This document shows positions 39,992 to 50,465 of a stretch of 64,000 bases of DNA, in pieces. A program made the translations under genes and the position numbers. Source of the DNA: Myxococcales bacterium (lineage in GTDB: Bacteria; Myxococcota_A; UBA9042; JABWCM01; BTVJ01); NCBI GenBank assembly GCA_045863395.1, contig BTVJ01000003.1, forward strand, positions 32,001-96,000, written 5' to 3'. The number at the start of each line of letters is the position of its first letter. Position 1 is the first letter of the stretch. The notes under the pieces were generated by a model. It was not told the origin of the DNA. It saw only the letters and a program-made list of their open reading frames with translations, and made no database searches.

Positions 39992-40984
39992 TCAGAACAG
40001 TGGGAGCTGCAGCCCGCTGGAGAGATCCTGGGCGTCCCACCCCTGCTTGCGCAGCGCGGCGGCCACCTCCTGCTCCCATCCTTTGAGCGTGTAGATCCGC
40101 CTCGGCTTGACCTGCTCCACGAACCTGCTCAGCTCCGGCCAGGATGCGTGGCGCACCCACGGAAAGACCGCCTCCGCCGGCGCCATCTCGGTGGTCGCCC
40201 ACGGGCTGTTCACCAGCGCCGCGAAGCGGACCCTCGGGCGGCGCCGCACCGCCGCCGACCGCCAGAGGTGGGACGGCCACAGCAGCACCTCCCCGGGGCG
40301 CACCGTCCCGGCGGACACCCGACAGGGGCCCAGCGGCACGCCGAACTCCGCGTGGATCTCGTTGGCCGACCCGATGGACGGGTGGACCGCGCACGGCCAC
40401 CCACGCTCCTGCAGCAGAGGCAGCACCTGCTGCGCCGTCCCCACGGGCTCGCACAGCAGGACGGGGGTCTGGCCCATCTCGAGCGTGGCCTCCACGAAGG
40501 CGAGCAGCCGCCCGACCGTCTCTCGGTGGGAGGGCAGGGGGCGGCCGGGGTGTCCCACCGACGTATCGAGCACGAGGACGTCCGCGCGGGGTGCAACGGC
40601 GGCCTCGACCCCCGGCGCGGGGCGCAGGCAGAGGTCGCCGGTGTAGAGCAGGGACGTCCCGGCCACCTCGACCCGAAGCTGCGCCGAGCCCAGCGCAAAC
40701 CCCGACGGGAGGAGCTCCATGCGCAGCGGCCCGAGGGAGAAGGGGCGCCCGTAGGGGCAGACCAGCGCGTTGAGGCGCCGGCCGCCCCTCCGCAGCCGCG
40801 TCGCCAGGCGCGCAGTGCGGTCCGTGCACAGGATCTTGGCATGGTTGCGGATGCCCGGCACCCCGGAGTGCGACACGAAGCTCAGCTCTCGGCCGGTCGT
40901 CGCGTCCAGCCACAGCACGGACCCCACCAGGTGGACCCCCCGGTCGAACAGCACCTGCGGCAGTGACGCGTCGGAACTGGCCAT
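39992..40984 (-). CDS. Metallo-beta-lactamase/beta-CASP-like exonuclease-fold protein with degenerate metal motifs
   Basis: LWLDA...SFVSH, LGSAQL, LLYTGDL and DVLVLD scaffold is recognisable, but HxHxDH reads HSGVPG. Confidence 0.7.
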   Translation of the reverse strand: MASSDASLPQVLFDRGVHLVGSVLWLDATTGRELSFVSHSGVPGIRNHAKILCTDRTARLATRLRRGGRRLNALVCPYGRPFSLGPLRMELLPSGFALGSAQLRVEVAGTSLLYTGDLCLRPAPGVEAAVAPRADVLVLDTSVGHPGRPLPSHRETVGRLLAFVEATLEMGQTPVLLCEPVGTAQQVLPLLQERGWPCAVHPSIGSANEIHAEFGVPLGPCRVSAGTVRPGEVLLWPSHLWRSAAVRRRPRVRFAALVNSPWATTEMAPAEAVFPWVRHASWPELSRFVEQVKPRRIYTLKGWEQEVAAALRKQGWDAQDLSSGLQLPLF

Positions 40985-41095
40985 GGCGCGTGAATCCTAC
41001 CGCCGGGCACCGGTGCGGTCCAGAACCCGCCCTGGCATGGTTCGTGTGCCGCTCAGGCCCCCCGCGGGCACTGGGACGCTCGCCTTCCTCCGCCG

Positions 41096-41124
41096 TTGAC
41101 AAGGGCGCGCGGGCCGGTTACCGT
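41096..41124 (+). promoter_or_regulatory. Putative sigma70 promoter of plsB
   Basis: TTGACA-17-TACCGT. Confidence 0.55.
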
Positions 41125-41176
41125 TGGCCGCGCTCGCCGCGCGATGTTATGGCGTGATTCTCGGTAGTTGTGAGAG

Positions 41177-43942
41177 GTGAGGGTGGCGGATCGAGCCGTT
41201 CAGCTCGTCGAGCAGCAGCGCGCCTTCCCCGCCTCTGCCATGGTGGAGAAGCCGGGCGGCCTCCTGCGCTTTCTTGGCAAGAACTTCTTTGACCGGGTCC
41301 AGTTCGATCAGCGCCACGCGAGCACCATCCATCGGGTGAGCCGCCAGGGCACCGTCGTCTTCGTCATGAACTCACAGAGCCTCCTCGACTGGCTCTACTT
41401 CAACTGGGTCCTGCTCAAGCTCGGGCTCCCGCTCCTCTGGTTCGCCAACGGAATCCGCTGGTTCGAGGCGATGCTCGCCCGCCGTCTCGGCGCGATCCTC
41501 TCGCTGCTCTTCGGGCTCCTGCTGCGACGCGTCCGCCTGCCCGCCTCGGAGGTCGACGCCCTGCAGCAGACGATCCGCGCGGAGCGCTCGGCCATGATCT
41601 TTCTGAAGAAGGCCCGCGCCCTGCTCCAGTGGGGCGACGTGAACCGTGACGAGCTCCTGGAGGAGCTGATCCGGCTCCGCCGCGCCTCTACGAAGCCCAT
41701 CTGGCTCATCCCGCAGATCCTCATCTGGAAGCAGGAGCCCGACCGCTACCGGCGCTCCATCTTCGATGTCGTCTTCGGTCACCCGGACGCCCCCGGCCGC
41801 ATCCGCAAGGTCATCAACTTCGCCCTCAACTACCGGCGGGCCTTCGTGCAGCTCGGCGAGCCCGTGGAGCTGGGCGCGTGGCTCGACGAGAACGCCGGCG
41901 CCGACGACGACCCCACGGTCGCGAAGCGCCTGGGCTGGGCGCTCCACCGCGAGCTGGCCGTGGAGCAGAAGGTCATCAAGGGGCCCGTCCTCAAGGACGC
42001 GAAGCAGATCCGCAGCGAGATCCTGCGCAACAAGGAGTTCCTGGACGAGCTGGAGCGCGTCGCGTCGTCCACCGAGACGGCCCAGCCCGTGGCGGCCAAG
42101 CGCGCGTCCGCCTACCTCAAGGAGATCGCCGCCGACTTCCGCATGGCCTATGTAGAGGGCTTCTGCCTGCTCCTGACCTTCCTCTGGCGCATCCTCTACA
42201 GCAAGGGCGAGCGCGGCATCGAGGTGGACGGCGAGGGCCTGGAGCGCCTGCGAGAGGCTGCCCGCAAGGCCCCGCTCATCGTCGTGCCGACTCACCGCAG
42301 CCACATCGACTACCTGGTGATCAGCTACCTCTTCTACGCCCACGGGCTCATCCCGCCCCACATCGCCGCAGGCGTCAACCTGAGCTTCTGGCCCATGGGC
42401 CACATCTTCCGCCACAGCGGGGCCTTCTTCATCCGCCGCTCCTTCAAGGACAACCCGATCTACGCGCTCGTCTTTCGCTACTACCTGCGCAAGCTGGTCA
42501 AGGAGGGCTACTGGATCGAGTTCTTCATCGAGGGGGGCCGGAGCCGCACCGGCAAGCTCCTCCCGCCGCGCTTCGGGATGCTCAAGGAGCTCTTCGAGGC
42601 CGTGCGCGACGGTGTCCGCAACGACCTCATGTTCTGCCCGGTATCCATCAGCTACGAGAAGATCATCGAGGAGGGCTCCTACACCCGCGAGCTGACGGGC
42701 GCCGAGAAGTCCGCCGAGAACGTCGGCACCATGCTCAAGGCGAGCAAGGCCCTGACCTCGAAGTACGGCCGCATGTACGTGGAGTTCGCCGAGCCGCTGA
42801 GCCTGCGCCAGTTCCTCGACGACAAGGGGGTCAAGGACTCCGACGTCCTCGACAAGGACCGGGAGGCGGACCTGATCAAGCGCCTCGGCTACCGCATCAT
42901 GGACGGCATGGCCGACGCGAGCGTGGTGTCCCCGTCGGCGCTGGTCGCGACCGTGCTCCTGTCCCACCTCAAGCGGGGGATTTCGCGGTCGACGCTGCTC
43001 GTGCGCATCGGGTGGCTCATCGACTTCCTGGGCAAGCGCGGCGCGGTGCTGTCGAAGACGGTCCGCACGGCCATGGCGGCGCGGCGCGCCCTGCTGGAGC
43101 GCCCCCACGAAGACGAAAGCCCCGGGATCGGCCGGGACCTGCGACGCGCCCAGGCCATCGGCGCCGCCGTCGACGAGGTCATCGAGGAGACGCTGGTCCT
43201 CTTCCTCAAGAACCACTTCATCCAGGTCCGCAACTTCGGCGACGAGCTGATCTACCAGGTGATCCCCGAGAAGCGCATCAACCTGGACATGAGCAAGAGC
43301 AACCTGCTCCAGATCCTCGCCCGCGAGGCCATCCTGTCTCTCGCCGCGGTGTCCCTGCGCTCCCACGCGGCCGACGGCTCGGTCCCCGCGGACACCCTCC
43401 GCCAGGAGTGCAAGTTCCTGAGCCGCCTGCTGAAGCTGGAGCTCGTCTACGCCGAGGGCGTGCCCTTCGACCAGCAGTTCGACGAGACCATGGAGGTCCT
43501 CTCGGGGGCAGGGCTCCTCGCGGTGACCGAGGGCTGCGTGACGGTCCCTGACGCGGCGCTGGAGACGACGACGCTCCTCGGGCGCCTGATCGCCAGCTAC
43601 GTGGAGTCCTACTGGTTCACCGTGCAGCACCTGAGCACGCTGGCGACGGGCATCCCACACGCACAAGGCCCCACGCCCGAGAAGGACTGGCTCAAGGGCC
43701 TGCACCGCGTCGCGGACCGCTACTACCACGAGGGGGCGCTGACCTACCGGGAGGCCAACTCCAGCGTGACCTTCAAGAACGCCTTGGACGTGATGCTCCA
43801 GCTCGGCGTGGCCCGGCGGGAGGAGCGGGCAGGGGAGGGCCGCCGCGGGCGCCCCTTGCGCGTGCTTCACCTGGGCGACGGGGGCCTGGAGCGCATCGCC
43901 GACCTGGCGACGCGCATCTCCCAGCTCCGCCTGAACCCCTGA
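41177..43942 (+). CDS. plsB: Glycerol-3-phosphate O-acyltransferase, long form
   Basis: PTHRSHIDY (HxxxxD), IAAGVNL, GAFFIRRSF, EFFIEGGRSRTGK, PVSISYE. Confidence 0.88.
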   Translation: MRVADRAVQLVEQQRAFPASAMVEKPGGLLRFLGKNFFDRVQFDQRHASTIHRVSRQGTVVFVMNSQSLLDWLYFNWVLLKLGLPLLWFANGIRWFEAMLARRLGAILSLLFGLLLRRVRLPASEVDALQQTIRAERSAMIFLKKARALLQWGDVNRDELLEELIRLRRASTKPIWLIPQILIWKQEPDRYRRSIFDVVFGHPDAPGRIRKVINFALNYRRAFVQLGEPVELGAWLDENAGADDDPTVAKRLGWALHRELAVEQKVIKGPVLKDAKQIRSEILRNKEFLDELERVASSTETAQPVAAKRASAYLKEIAADFRMAYVEGFCLLLTFLWRILYSKGERGIEVDGEGLERLREAARKAPLIVVPTHRSHIDYLVISYLFYAHGLIPPHIAAGVNLSFWPMGHIFRHSGAFFIRRSFKDNPIYALVFRYYLRKLVKEGYWIEFFIEGGRSRTGKLLPPRFGMLKELFEAVRDGVRNDLMFCPVSISYEKIIEEGSYTRELTGAEKSAENVGTMLKASKALTSKYGRMYVEFAEPLSLRQFLDDKGVKDSDVLDKDREADLIKRLGYRIMDGMADASVVSPSALVATVLLSHLKRGISRSTLLVRIGWLIDFLGKRGAVLSKTVRTAMAARRALLERPHEDESPGIGRDLRRAQAIGAAVDEVIEETLVLFLKNHFIQVRNFGDELIYQVIPEKRINLDMSKSNLLQILAREAILSLAAVSLRSHAADGSVPADTLRQECKFLSRLLKLELVYAEGVPFDQQFDETMEVLSGAGLLAVTEGCVTVPDAALETTTLLGRLIASYVESYWFTVQHLSTLATGIPHAQGPTPEKDWLKGLHRVADRYYHEGALTYREANSSVTFKNALDVMLQLGVARREERAGEGRRGRPLRVLHLGDGGLERIADLATRISQLRLNP

Positions 43943-43982
43943 TCGGGGCGGAATCCCCACGCGCAGCGGTCGGTTCCCCGGG

Positions 43983-44011
43983 TTGACCCGCGCGGCTGGG
44001 GCAACTAGAGT
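43983..44011 (+). promoter_or_regulatory. Putative sigma70 promoter of nadA
   Basis: TTGACC-17-TAGAGT, then AGGAGG RBS. Confidence 0.55.
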
Positions 44012-44031
44012 CCCGCCGGCAGGAGGCTTTC

Positions 44032-45096
44032 ATGCTCGAGACCCGCAAGCTCCAGAACCCCGAGGTGGTCGACGCCATCCGTTCGGCCAAGCAGCGCCTC
44101 GGCGACCGCATGGTCGTGCTGGCCCACCACTACCAGCGCCCCGAAATCGTCGCCCTCGGCGACTTCCGCGGCGACTCCTTCGAGCTGTCCCGCATCGCCA
44201 GCGAGCAGACCGCCGAGCACATCGTGTTCTGCGGGGTCCACTTCATGGCGGAGAGCGCGCGCATCCTGGCCAAGCCCCACCAGCGGGTCTACCACCCGAA
44301 CCTCAACGCGGGCTGCCCCATGGCGGACATGGCGGACGCCAGCGACGTGGAGCGGGTCTTCGCCGAGCTGTCGGAGGTCCTCGGCGACGCGTCCGGCGTG
44401 GTCCCCATGACCTACATGAACTCCAACGCCGCGGTGAAGGCGCTCTGTGGGCGCAACGGCGGCACCGTCTGCACGTCGTCGAACGCCGAGAAGGCCTTCC
44501 GGTGGGCCTTCGATCATGGCGAGCGCATCTTCTTCATTCCCGACGAGCACCTGGGTCGTAACACCGCGAATTCGCTTGGCCTGGACCGCGACCGTGTCGT
44601 CCTCTGGGACTGGAGCCAGCCCTGGGGCGGCCTCGACCGGGACACCATCCGCCGGGCCCAGGTCTACCTGTGGAAGGGCTACTGCCACGTCCACACCTGG
44701 TACACCCCGGCGCACATCGCCGAGGCTCGCGAGCGCTACCCGGGCTGCTCGGTCGTCGTCCACCCGGAGTGCAGGGAGGAGGTCGTAGCCCTCGCCGACG
44801 GCGTCGGCTCCACGAGCTTCCTGGTGCGGTACGTCCAGGACGCACCGCCAGGCGCCACCATCGTCATCGGGACGGAGATCAACCTCACGGCCCGCCTCGC
44901 TGCCGAGCACCCCGACAAGAACGTGGTCGAGCTGTCCCGCAGCCTGTGCCCCAACATGTTCCGCATCAACCTGCGCAAGCTCGAGGAGACCATCGCCCAC
45001 CTGGACGGGCCTGAGGTCCTCGGTGAGATCCTCATCCCGGACGAGCTGATCCGCGACGCGCGCCTCGCCCTGGACCGCATGCTCCAGATCCACTGA
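44032..45096 (+). CDS. nadA: Quinolinate synthase
   Basis: LAHHYQ, FCGVHFMAE, AGCPMADM, YMNSNA, CTSSNA, CHVH, VHPEC, GTE, CPNM. Confidence 0.96.
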   Translation: MLETRKLQNPEVVDAIRSAKQRLGDRMVVLAHHYQRPEIVALGDFRGDSFELSRIASEQTAEHIVFCGVHFMAESARILAKPHQRVYHPNLNAGCPMADMADASDVERVFAELSEVLGDASGVVPMTYMNSNAAVKALCGRNGGTVCTSSNAEKAFRWAFDHGERIFFIPDEHLGRNTANSLGLDRDRVVLWDWSQPWGGLDRDTIRRAQVYLWKGYCHVHTWYTPAHIAEARERYPGCSVVVHPECREEVVALADGVGSTSFLVRYVQDAPPGATIVIGTEINLTARLAAEHPDKNVVELSRSLCPNMFRINLRKLEETIAHLDGPEVLGEILIPDELIRDARLALDRMLQIH

Positions 45097-45099
45097 GCC

Positions 45100-46479
45100 G
45101 TGGCGCGCCCTCACCCCTTCGTCGCGGTCGTCCGTGGCACGGTGCTGCGGCACCGGCTGCTCGCGCCGGGGGACCGTGTGCTGCTCGCGGTCTCCGGCGG
45201 ACCCGACTCCATGGCGCTGCTCCACGCCCTGGCTGCCCTCGCGCCCGGCCTGCGCCTCCGCCTCTCCGTGGCGACCGTCGATCACGGCCTTCGGGATGCC
45301 GCGGCGGAGCACGCGCTGGTCGCGGACGCGGCGACGGCGCTCGGTCTGCCGTGGCAGCTCCTCCCCGTCCGGGTCGCCCGCGCGGACGGGTCGCTGATGC
45401 AGGGGGCCCGGGACGCCCGCAGCGCAGCCCTCGTGGGCGCCTCCTCCGGGGCCCGCATCGCCACGGGCCACACGGCGAGTGACCAGGCGGAGACCGTCCT
45501 CCTGCGCATGCTCCGGGGCGCGGGCACACGCGGAGTCTCCGGCATCCTGCCCTCCCGCGGTCCGTGGATCCGGCCGCTGCTCGACTGCACCCGGGACGAC
45601 GTCGTCGCGTGGCTTCGCGACGCGGGAGTCCCCTGGGCCGAAGACCCGACCAACGACAGCCCCGCCCATGCCCGCAACCGGGTCCGCCACGAGCTGCTGC
45701 CGGTGCTGCGCGCGCTCTCCCCAGAGGTGGAGCGCCACCTGGTCACGCTGGCGGACAACGCCCGCTCCGACCGCCTCGCCCTCGAGTCCCTGGCAGAGGA
45801 CGCCCTGCGCGCCGCCACCGTCGAGTCGGCGCCCGGCCTGCTCGCCCTGGACCTCGCCCGCCTCGCCGTCCACCGGGGCTTGCTCCCGCACGTGCTGCGC
45901 CGCGCGGTGGAGCGGGTCCGGCGGCGTGACGGAGACCTCTGGCGACCACACATGGACGCGCTCGTGGCGCTGGCCAGCGGGCGGGCGGGCACCACGATCC
46001 TGGAGTTGCCCGGCGCCACCGCCACCCGGGTCTATGGCACCCTGCGCGTGACCCGAGGCCACGGCGCGCCGGAGACCACGTCAATCGAGGGGAAGGAAAT
46101 CGTCGGCCCGGGGTGTTATCGACTCGGCCCGATGCTGCTCACCGTGGAGAGACAGCCAGCGACCGGGCGCATCGAGCGCGGCCCCGACTCCGCCACCTTC
46201 GACGCGGAGTCGCTGCGCTTTCCCTTGAGGGTGCGACCGTGGAGGCACGGGGACCGCGTCATTCCCTTCGGGATGGTCGGTCATCGCAAGGTCTCGGACG
46301 TCCTGACGGACGCTCGAGTGCCCCGCCAGGCGCGGCCCGCGGTCCAGGTCCTGGAGGGTGAGGACGGCCTCCTCTGGATCATCGGTGTGCGAAGGGCCGC
46401 CGCGCACCCCGTGACTCCGAGCACGCGGGAGGTCTTCCACGTGAGGGTCCGCCGAGAGGTGGGCGCAGTTGCCAATTGA
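45100..46479 (+). CDS. tilS: tRNA(Ile)-lysidine synthetase
   Basis: AVSGGPDS, VDHGLR, TGHTASDQAET, IRPLL, EDPTN, RNRVRH; immediately upstream of ftsH. Confidence 0.95.
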   Translation: MARPHPFVAVVRGTVLRHRLLAPGDRVLLAVSGGPDSMALLHALAALAPGLRLRLSVATVDHGLRDAAAEHALVADAATALGLPWQLLPVRVARADGSLMQGARDARSAALVGASSGARIATGHTASDQAETVLLRMLRGAGTRGVSGILPSRGPWIRPLLDCTRDDVVAWLRDAGVPWAEDPTNDSPAHARNRVRHELLPVLRALSPEVERHLVTLADNARSDRLALESLAEDALRAATVESAPGLLALDLARLAVHRGLLPHVLRRAVERVRRRDGDLWRPHMDALVALASGRAGTTILELPGATATRVYGTLRVTRGHGAPETTSIEGKEIVGPGCYRLGPMLLTVERQPATGRIERGPDSATFDAESLRFPLRVRPWRHGDRVIPFGMVGHRKVSDVLTDARVPRQARPAVQVLEGEDGLLWIIGVRRAAAHPVTPSTREVFHVRVRREVGAVAN

Positions 46480-46497
46480 GATCGCAGCCTCTATGCT
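46469..46497 (+). promoter_or_regulatory. Putative sigma70 promoter of ftsH
   Basis: TTGCCA-17-TATGCT overlapping the tilS stop. Confidence 0.55.
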
Positions 46498-46627
46498 TGG
46501 ACCGGCCGTGCCACAGGGGGACGCTGCGACCCGACGGCACCCCGTCGCTTCGAGCGTCGCGAGGGGTGCCGGCCGTGGCGCCCCCTGAGCGGCGACGTGC
46601 GGGGCGGCGTGTGAAACAGGAGCGGAT

Positions 46628-48583
46628 GTGAAGCAGTCCTACAAGACGATCCTCCTCTGGGTCTTCCTGATTGTCATCTTCGTAGCGATCTATCAGACCC
46701 TCAAGTCCTCGTCCGGCGGCGAGAAGATCAGCTTCAGCGAGTTCGTGGGCCAGGCGCTTCCGGAGGACGGTCGCGCGAGCCAGGTCGCGCGCATCAAGAT
46801 CCGCGGCAGCGAGATCGAGGGCGAGTACGTCAACGGCACGAAGTTCATGACCGTCGGCAAGATCGACGACTACCAGCGGGACCTCATCGAGCGCGCCAAG
46901 ATCCGCGTGGAGTACGATCCCGAGGACGAGAACGGCTTCTGGATCTCGGTCATCGGCACCTGGCTACCAATGATCTTCTTGTTCCTGATCTTCTTCTTCT
47001 TCATGAGGCAGCTCCAGGCCGGCGGCGGCAAGGCCATGAGCTTCGGCAAGAGCAAGCACAAGATCCTCAACGAGAACGCCAACAAGATCACGTTCGCGGA
47101 CGTGGCGGGCATCGACGAGTCCAAAGAGGAGCTGGAGGAGATCATCGCCTTCCTCAAGGACCCGAAGAAGTTCACCCGCTTGGGAGGGCGCATCCCGAAG
47201 GGCGTCCTGCTGATGGGCCCCCCCGGCACCGGCAAGACCCTGCTGGCCCGCGCCGTGGCGGGTGAGGCCGGCGTCCCCTTCTTCTCGATCAGCGGGTCCG
47301 ACTTCGTGGAGATGTTCGTCGGCGTTGGCGCGAGCCGCGTCCGGGACCTCTTCGAGCAGGGCAAGAAGAACGCCCCCTGCATCATCTTCATCGACGAGAT
47401 CGACGCGGTGGGTCGCCACCGCGGCGCGGGCCTCGGCGGCGGGCACGACGAGCGCGAGCAGACCCTCAACCAGCTCCTGGTGGAGATGGACGGCTTCGAA
47501 GCCAACGAGGGCGTCATCATGATCGCTGCCACCAACCGTCCGGACGTCCTGGACCCGGCCCTGCTCCGCCCCGGGCGCTTCGACCGCAGCGTGGTCGTCC
47601 AGCGGCCCGACGTGCGGGGTCGCCGCGGCATCCTCGGAGTGCACACCAAGACGAAGGTGCCCCTCGACGAGGACGTGGACCTCGACGTGGTCGCCCGCGG
47701 TACGCCTGGCTTCGCCGGCGCCGACCTGGCGAACCTCGTCAACGAGGCGGCGCTCCTGGCGGCGCGTCGCAACCGCGACCGGGTCACCATGGAGGACTTC
47801 GAGCTCGCCAAGGACAAGGTCCTCATGGGCACGGAGCGCAAGTCCCTGGTGATCAGCGACGAGGAGAAGAAGAACACCGCCTACCACGAGGCGGGGCACA
47901 CCCTCGTGGCGCGGCTGCTGCCCGGCACGGATCCCGTCCACAAGGTGACGATCATCCCCCGAGGGCGCGCGCTGGGGCTCACGCAGCAGCTCCCCGACGA
48001 GGATCGCTACTCCATGAACCGGGAGCAGCTCCTCAACCGCATCGCGATCCTCATGGGCGGGCGCATCGCGGAGGAGCTCGTCTTCGGGCACCTGACGACG
48101 GGCGCGGGGAACGACATCGTCCAGGCGACTGAGCTGGCCCGCAAGATGGTCGCCGAGTGGGGCATGTCCAGCATGGGCGTGGTCTCCTATGGTCAGAAGG
48201 ACGACAACCCCTTCCTCGGGCGCGACTTCAACCGGCACCAGAACTACAGCGAGGCCACGGCGAGCCGCCTGGACCGCGAGGTCAAGCGCATCATCAACGA
48301 CAGCTACGACGTGGCGCGCGAGATCCTGGCTGCGAACCGCGTCCTGCTGGACCGTCTGGCGCTGGCCCTCCTCGAGCACGAGAGCCTGGACGGCGAGGAG
48401 ATCAACGCGGTCGTCAATGGCCGTGATCTCGGTCAGTTCCGCGGTGAGCGCACCGCGACACTGGTCGCGAAGCGCGAGCACGAGAAGCTCCCGGGGCGCG
48501 CCGAGCCCGCCGACCACTCGTCGGAGGGGCTCGTGAAGCAACCTGACCGCGGCCCCCTCCGCACCAAGCCCGAGCCCGTCTGA
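46628..48583 (+). CDS. ftsH: ATP-dependent zinc metalloprotease FtsH
   Basis: Two TMs, [43 protein letters not shown]. Confidence 0.98.
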   Translation: MKQSYKTILLWVFLIVIFVAIYQTLKSSSGGEKISFSEFVGQALPEDGRASQVARIKIRGSEIEGEYVNGTKFMTVGKIDDYQRDLIERAKIRVEYDPEDENGFWISVIGTWLPMIFLFLIFFFFMRQLQAGGGKAMSFGKSKHKILNENANKITFADVAGIDESKEELEEIIAFLKDPKKFTRLGGRIPKGVLLMGPPGTGKTLLARAVAGEAGVPFFSISGSDFVEMFVGVGASRVRDLFEQGKKNAPCIIFIDEIDAVGRHRGAGLGGGHDEREQTLNQLLVEMDGFEANEGVIMIAATNRPDVLDPALLRPGRFDRSVVVQRPDVRGRRGILGVHTKTKVPLDEDVDLDVVARGTPGFAGADLANLVNEAALLAARRNRDRVTMEDFELAKDKVLMGTERKSLVISDEEKKNTAYHEAGHTLVARLLPGTDPVHKVTIIPRGRALGLTQQLPDEDRYSMNREQLLNRIAILMGGRIAEELVFGHLTTGAGNDIVQATELARKMVAEWGMSSMGVVSYGQKDDNPFLGRDFNRHQNYSEATASRLDREVKRIINDSYDVAREILAANRVLLDRLALALLEHESLDGEEINAVVNGRDLGQFRGERTATLVAKREHEKLPGRAEPADHSSEGLVKQPDRGPLRTKPEPV

Positions 48584-48676
48584 TCCCCGCTCAGATCCTG
48601 TCGAGCGAATTCGAGCGCTGGACAAGTCGGCGACTTTTGGCTACATCCTCATGGCTGCAACCCCCAGGAGAGCGCC

Positions 48677-49609
48677 ATGCCGTCCAGCTCCGGTTCATCG
48701 CGAGACGCGGCGTTCGAGGCCTTTCCGCCGCTGCGACTGCGCACCCGTGTCTTCGACTGGAGCAGGGTCTACGTCGTCGGTGTGCTGAACGTCACGCCCG
48801 ACTCCTTCTCGGACGGCGGGCGCTTCGACTCCGTCGAGGCGGCCGTGGCTCGGGGTCTGGAGCTCGTGGACGAGGGGGCTGACGTCATCGATGTCGGCGG
48901 CGAGTCGTCCCGCCCCGCAGGGGCCACCTACGGAGAGGGAGCGGCGAGCGTGGACCCGCAGGAGGAGCTGCGCCGGGTGCTGCCGGTCATCGAGGCGCTC
49001 GCGCGGCGGACGGACGTCCCGATCTCCATCGACACGACCAAGGCCCCCGTCGCGCGAGCCGCCCTCGAAGCCGGGGCCCAGATGGTCAACGACGTGAGCG
49101 GCCTGCAGATGGACGGCGAGATGGCCGACGTGGTGGCGAGCGCCGGCTGCCCCATCATCCTGATGCACATGCGGGGCACACCCGCGAGCACCGGCGCCTT
49201 CTCGAACTACCGGAACCTGCTGAGCGAGGTCCACACAGAGCTGTCGGAGCGCGTGGACATGGCGGTCCAGGCCGGCGTCGACCGCAGCCAGATCATCCTC
49301 GACCCGGGACTCGGCTTCGGCAAGGGGACGCGCCACAACCTCCAGCTCCTGCGGCGCCTCAGCTTCCTGCGGTGCCTGGCGGGGCGGCCCGTGCTCGTGG
49401 GGCCTTCGCGGAAGTCCTTCATCGGTGAGGTGCTCGGTGGCGCCCCGGTGGACAGGCGCGACTGGGGGACGGCGGGAGCCGTCGCCGCCGCAGTCATGGC
49501 TGGCGCCGACATGGTGAGGGTTCACGATGTGGCGGCCATGCGGGACGTCGTGCGGGTTGCGGAGGCCGTAAGGCGCGAGCGCCCGGTCGTCGGTCCCGAG
49601 CGACACTAG
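48677..49609 (+). CDS. folP: Dihydropteroate synthase
   Basis: GVLNVTPDSFSDGG, DVGGESSRP, ISIDT, DPGLGFGK, SRKSF, RVHDV. Confidence 0.97.
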   Translation: MPSSSGSSRDAAFEAFPPLRLRTRVFDWSRVYVVGVLNVTPDSFSDGGRFDSVEAAVARGLELVDEGADVIDVGGESSRPAGATYGEGAASVDPQEELRRVLPVIEALARRTDVPISIDTTKAPVARAALEAGAQMVNDVSGLQMDGEMADVVASAGCPIILMHMRGTPASTGAFSNYRNLLSEVHTELSERVDMAVQAGVDRSQIILDPGLGFGKGTRHNLQLLRRLSFLRCLAGRPVLVGPSRKSFIGEVLGGAPVDRRDWGTAGAVAAAVMAGADMVRVHDVAAMRDVVRVAEAVRRERPVVGPERH

Positions 49610-49634
49610 AGTCTACAAGAGGAGCCACCGCCAG

Positions 49635-50459
49635 GTGGAGGCGCTGATCCAGGACATAGCGGGTTGGGGCTGGCTCTACGCCACGCTGGACGTGATCGTC
49701 GTCGCGTGGCTCATCTACCGTATCCTCCTGCTCATCAAGGGAACACGGGCGGTCCAGATGCTCATCGGGATCACGCTCGTGATCCTCGTCTTCTTCGTCA
49801 GCAAGACTGAGAACCTGGACCTGCTCACCCTGAATTGGATCCTGGACAAGTTCATCGCGTCGTTCATCGTCATCCTGGTCGTGATCTTTCAGGCCGACAT
49901 CCGCCGGGGTCTGACCCAGGTGGGGCGCAACCCGATCCTCGCTGGGGGGTGGTCCTCCGAAGGCGGGCACTTCTACGAGGAGATCGTGCGCGGCACGGTC
50001 GCTCTCGCGAACCATCGCCTGGGCGCGCTGATCGCCGTGGAGCGCGACGCCGACCTCTCCCCGTACATGGACGAGGGGGTCCGCATCCACTCCCAGGTGT
50101 CCAAGGAGTTGATCTACGCGGTCTTTCTCAAGACCTACGAGAACCCGCTGCACGACGGTGCCATGATCATCCGGAAGGGGCAGATCGCGGCTGCGGGGTG
50201 CTTTCTGCCGCTGACCGCCAACCCCAAGGTTGACCGGGCCCTTGGAACACGGCACCGGGCCGCCATCGGGCTGTCGGAGGAGACGGACGCCACGGTCATC
50301 GTGGTGAGCGAGGAGACGGGGACCATCAGCATCGCAACCAACGGCGAGCTGCGCCGCAACTTCGACCAGAACTCGCTCCGCGAGGAGCTGCAACGGGTCT
50401 TCGGCGCCACGGCGCGCCCGACCCTGTGGCGCCGCATCGTGCGGCCCCGTGCGTCCTGA
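49635..50459 (+). CDS. cdaA: Membrane diadenylate cyclase (CdaA/DacA)
   Basis: Three N-terminal TMs, VVIFQADIRRGL, PLHDGA, GTRHRAAIG, VVSEETG. Confidence 0.95.
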   Translation: MEALIQDIAGWGWLYATLDVIVVAWLIYRILLLIKGTRAVQMLIGITLVILVFFVSKTENLDLLTLNWILDKFIASFIVILVVIFQADIRRGLTQVGRNPILAGGWSSEGGHFYEEIVRGTVALANHRLGALIAVERDADLSPYMDEGVRIHSQVSKELIYAVFLKTYENPLHDGAMIIRKGQIAAAGCFLPLTANPKVDRALGTRHRAAIGLSEETDATVIVVSEETGTISIATNGELRRNFDQNSLREELQRVFGATARPTLWRRIVRPRAS

Positions 50460-50465
50460 GGCGCC

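Noticed and set aside
38511..41102. 863-aa ORF suggesting an N-terminally extended M20 peptidase
   Set aside because: The extension is an alternative frame over the MBL-fold gene; peptidase similarity starts at MNTTTT (39929).
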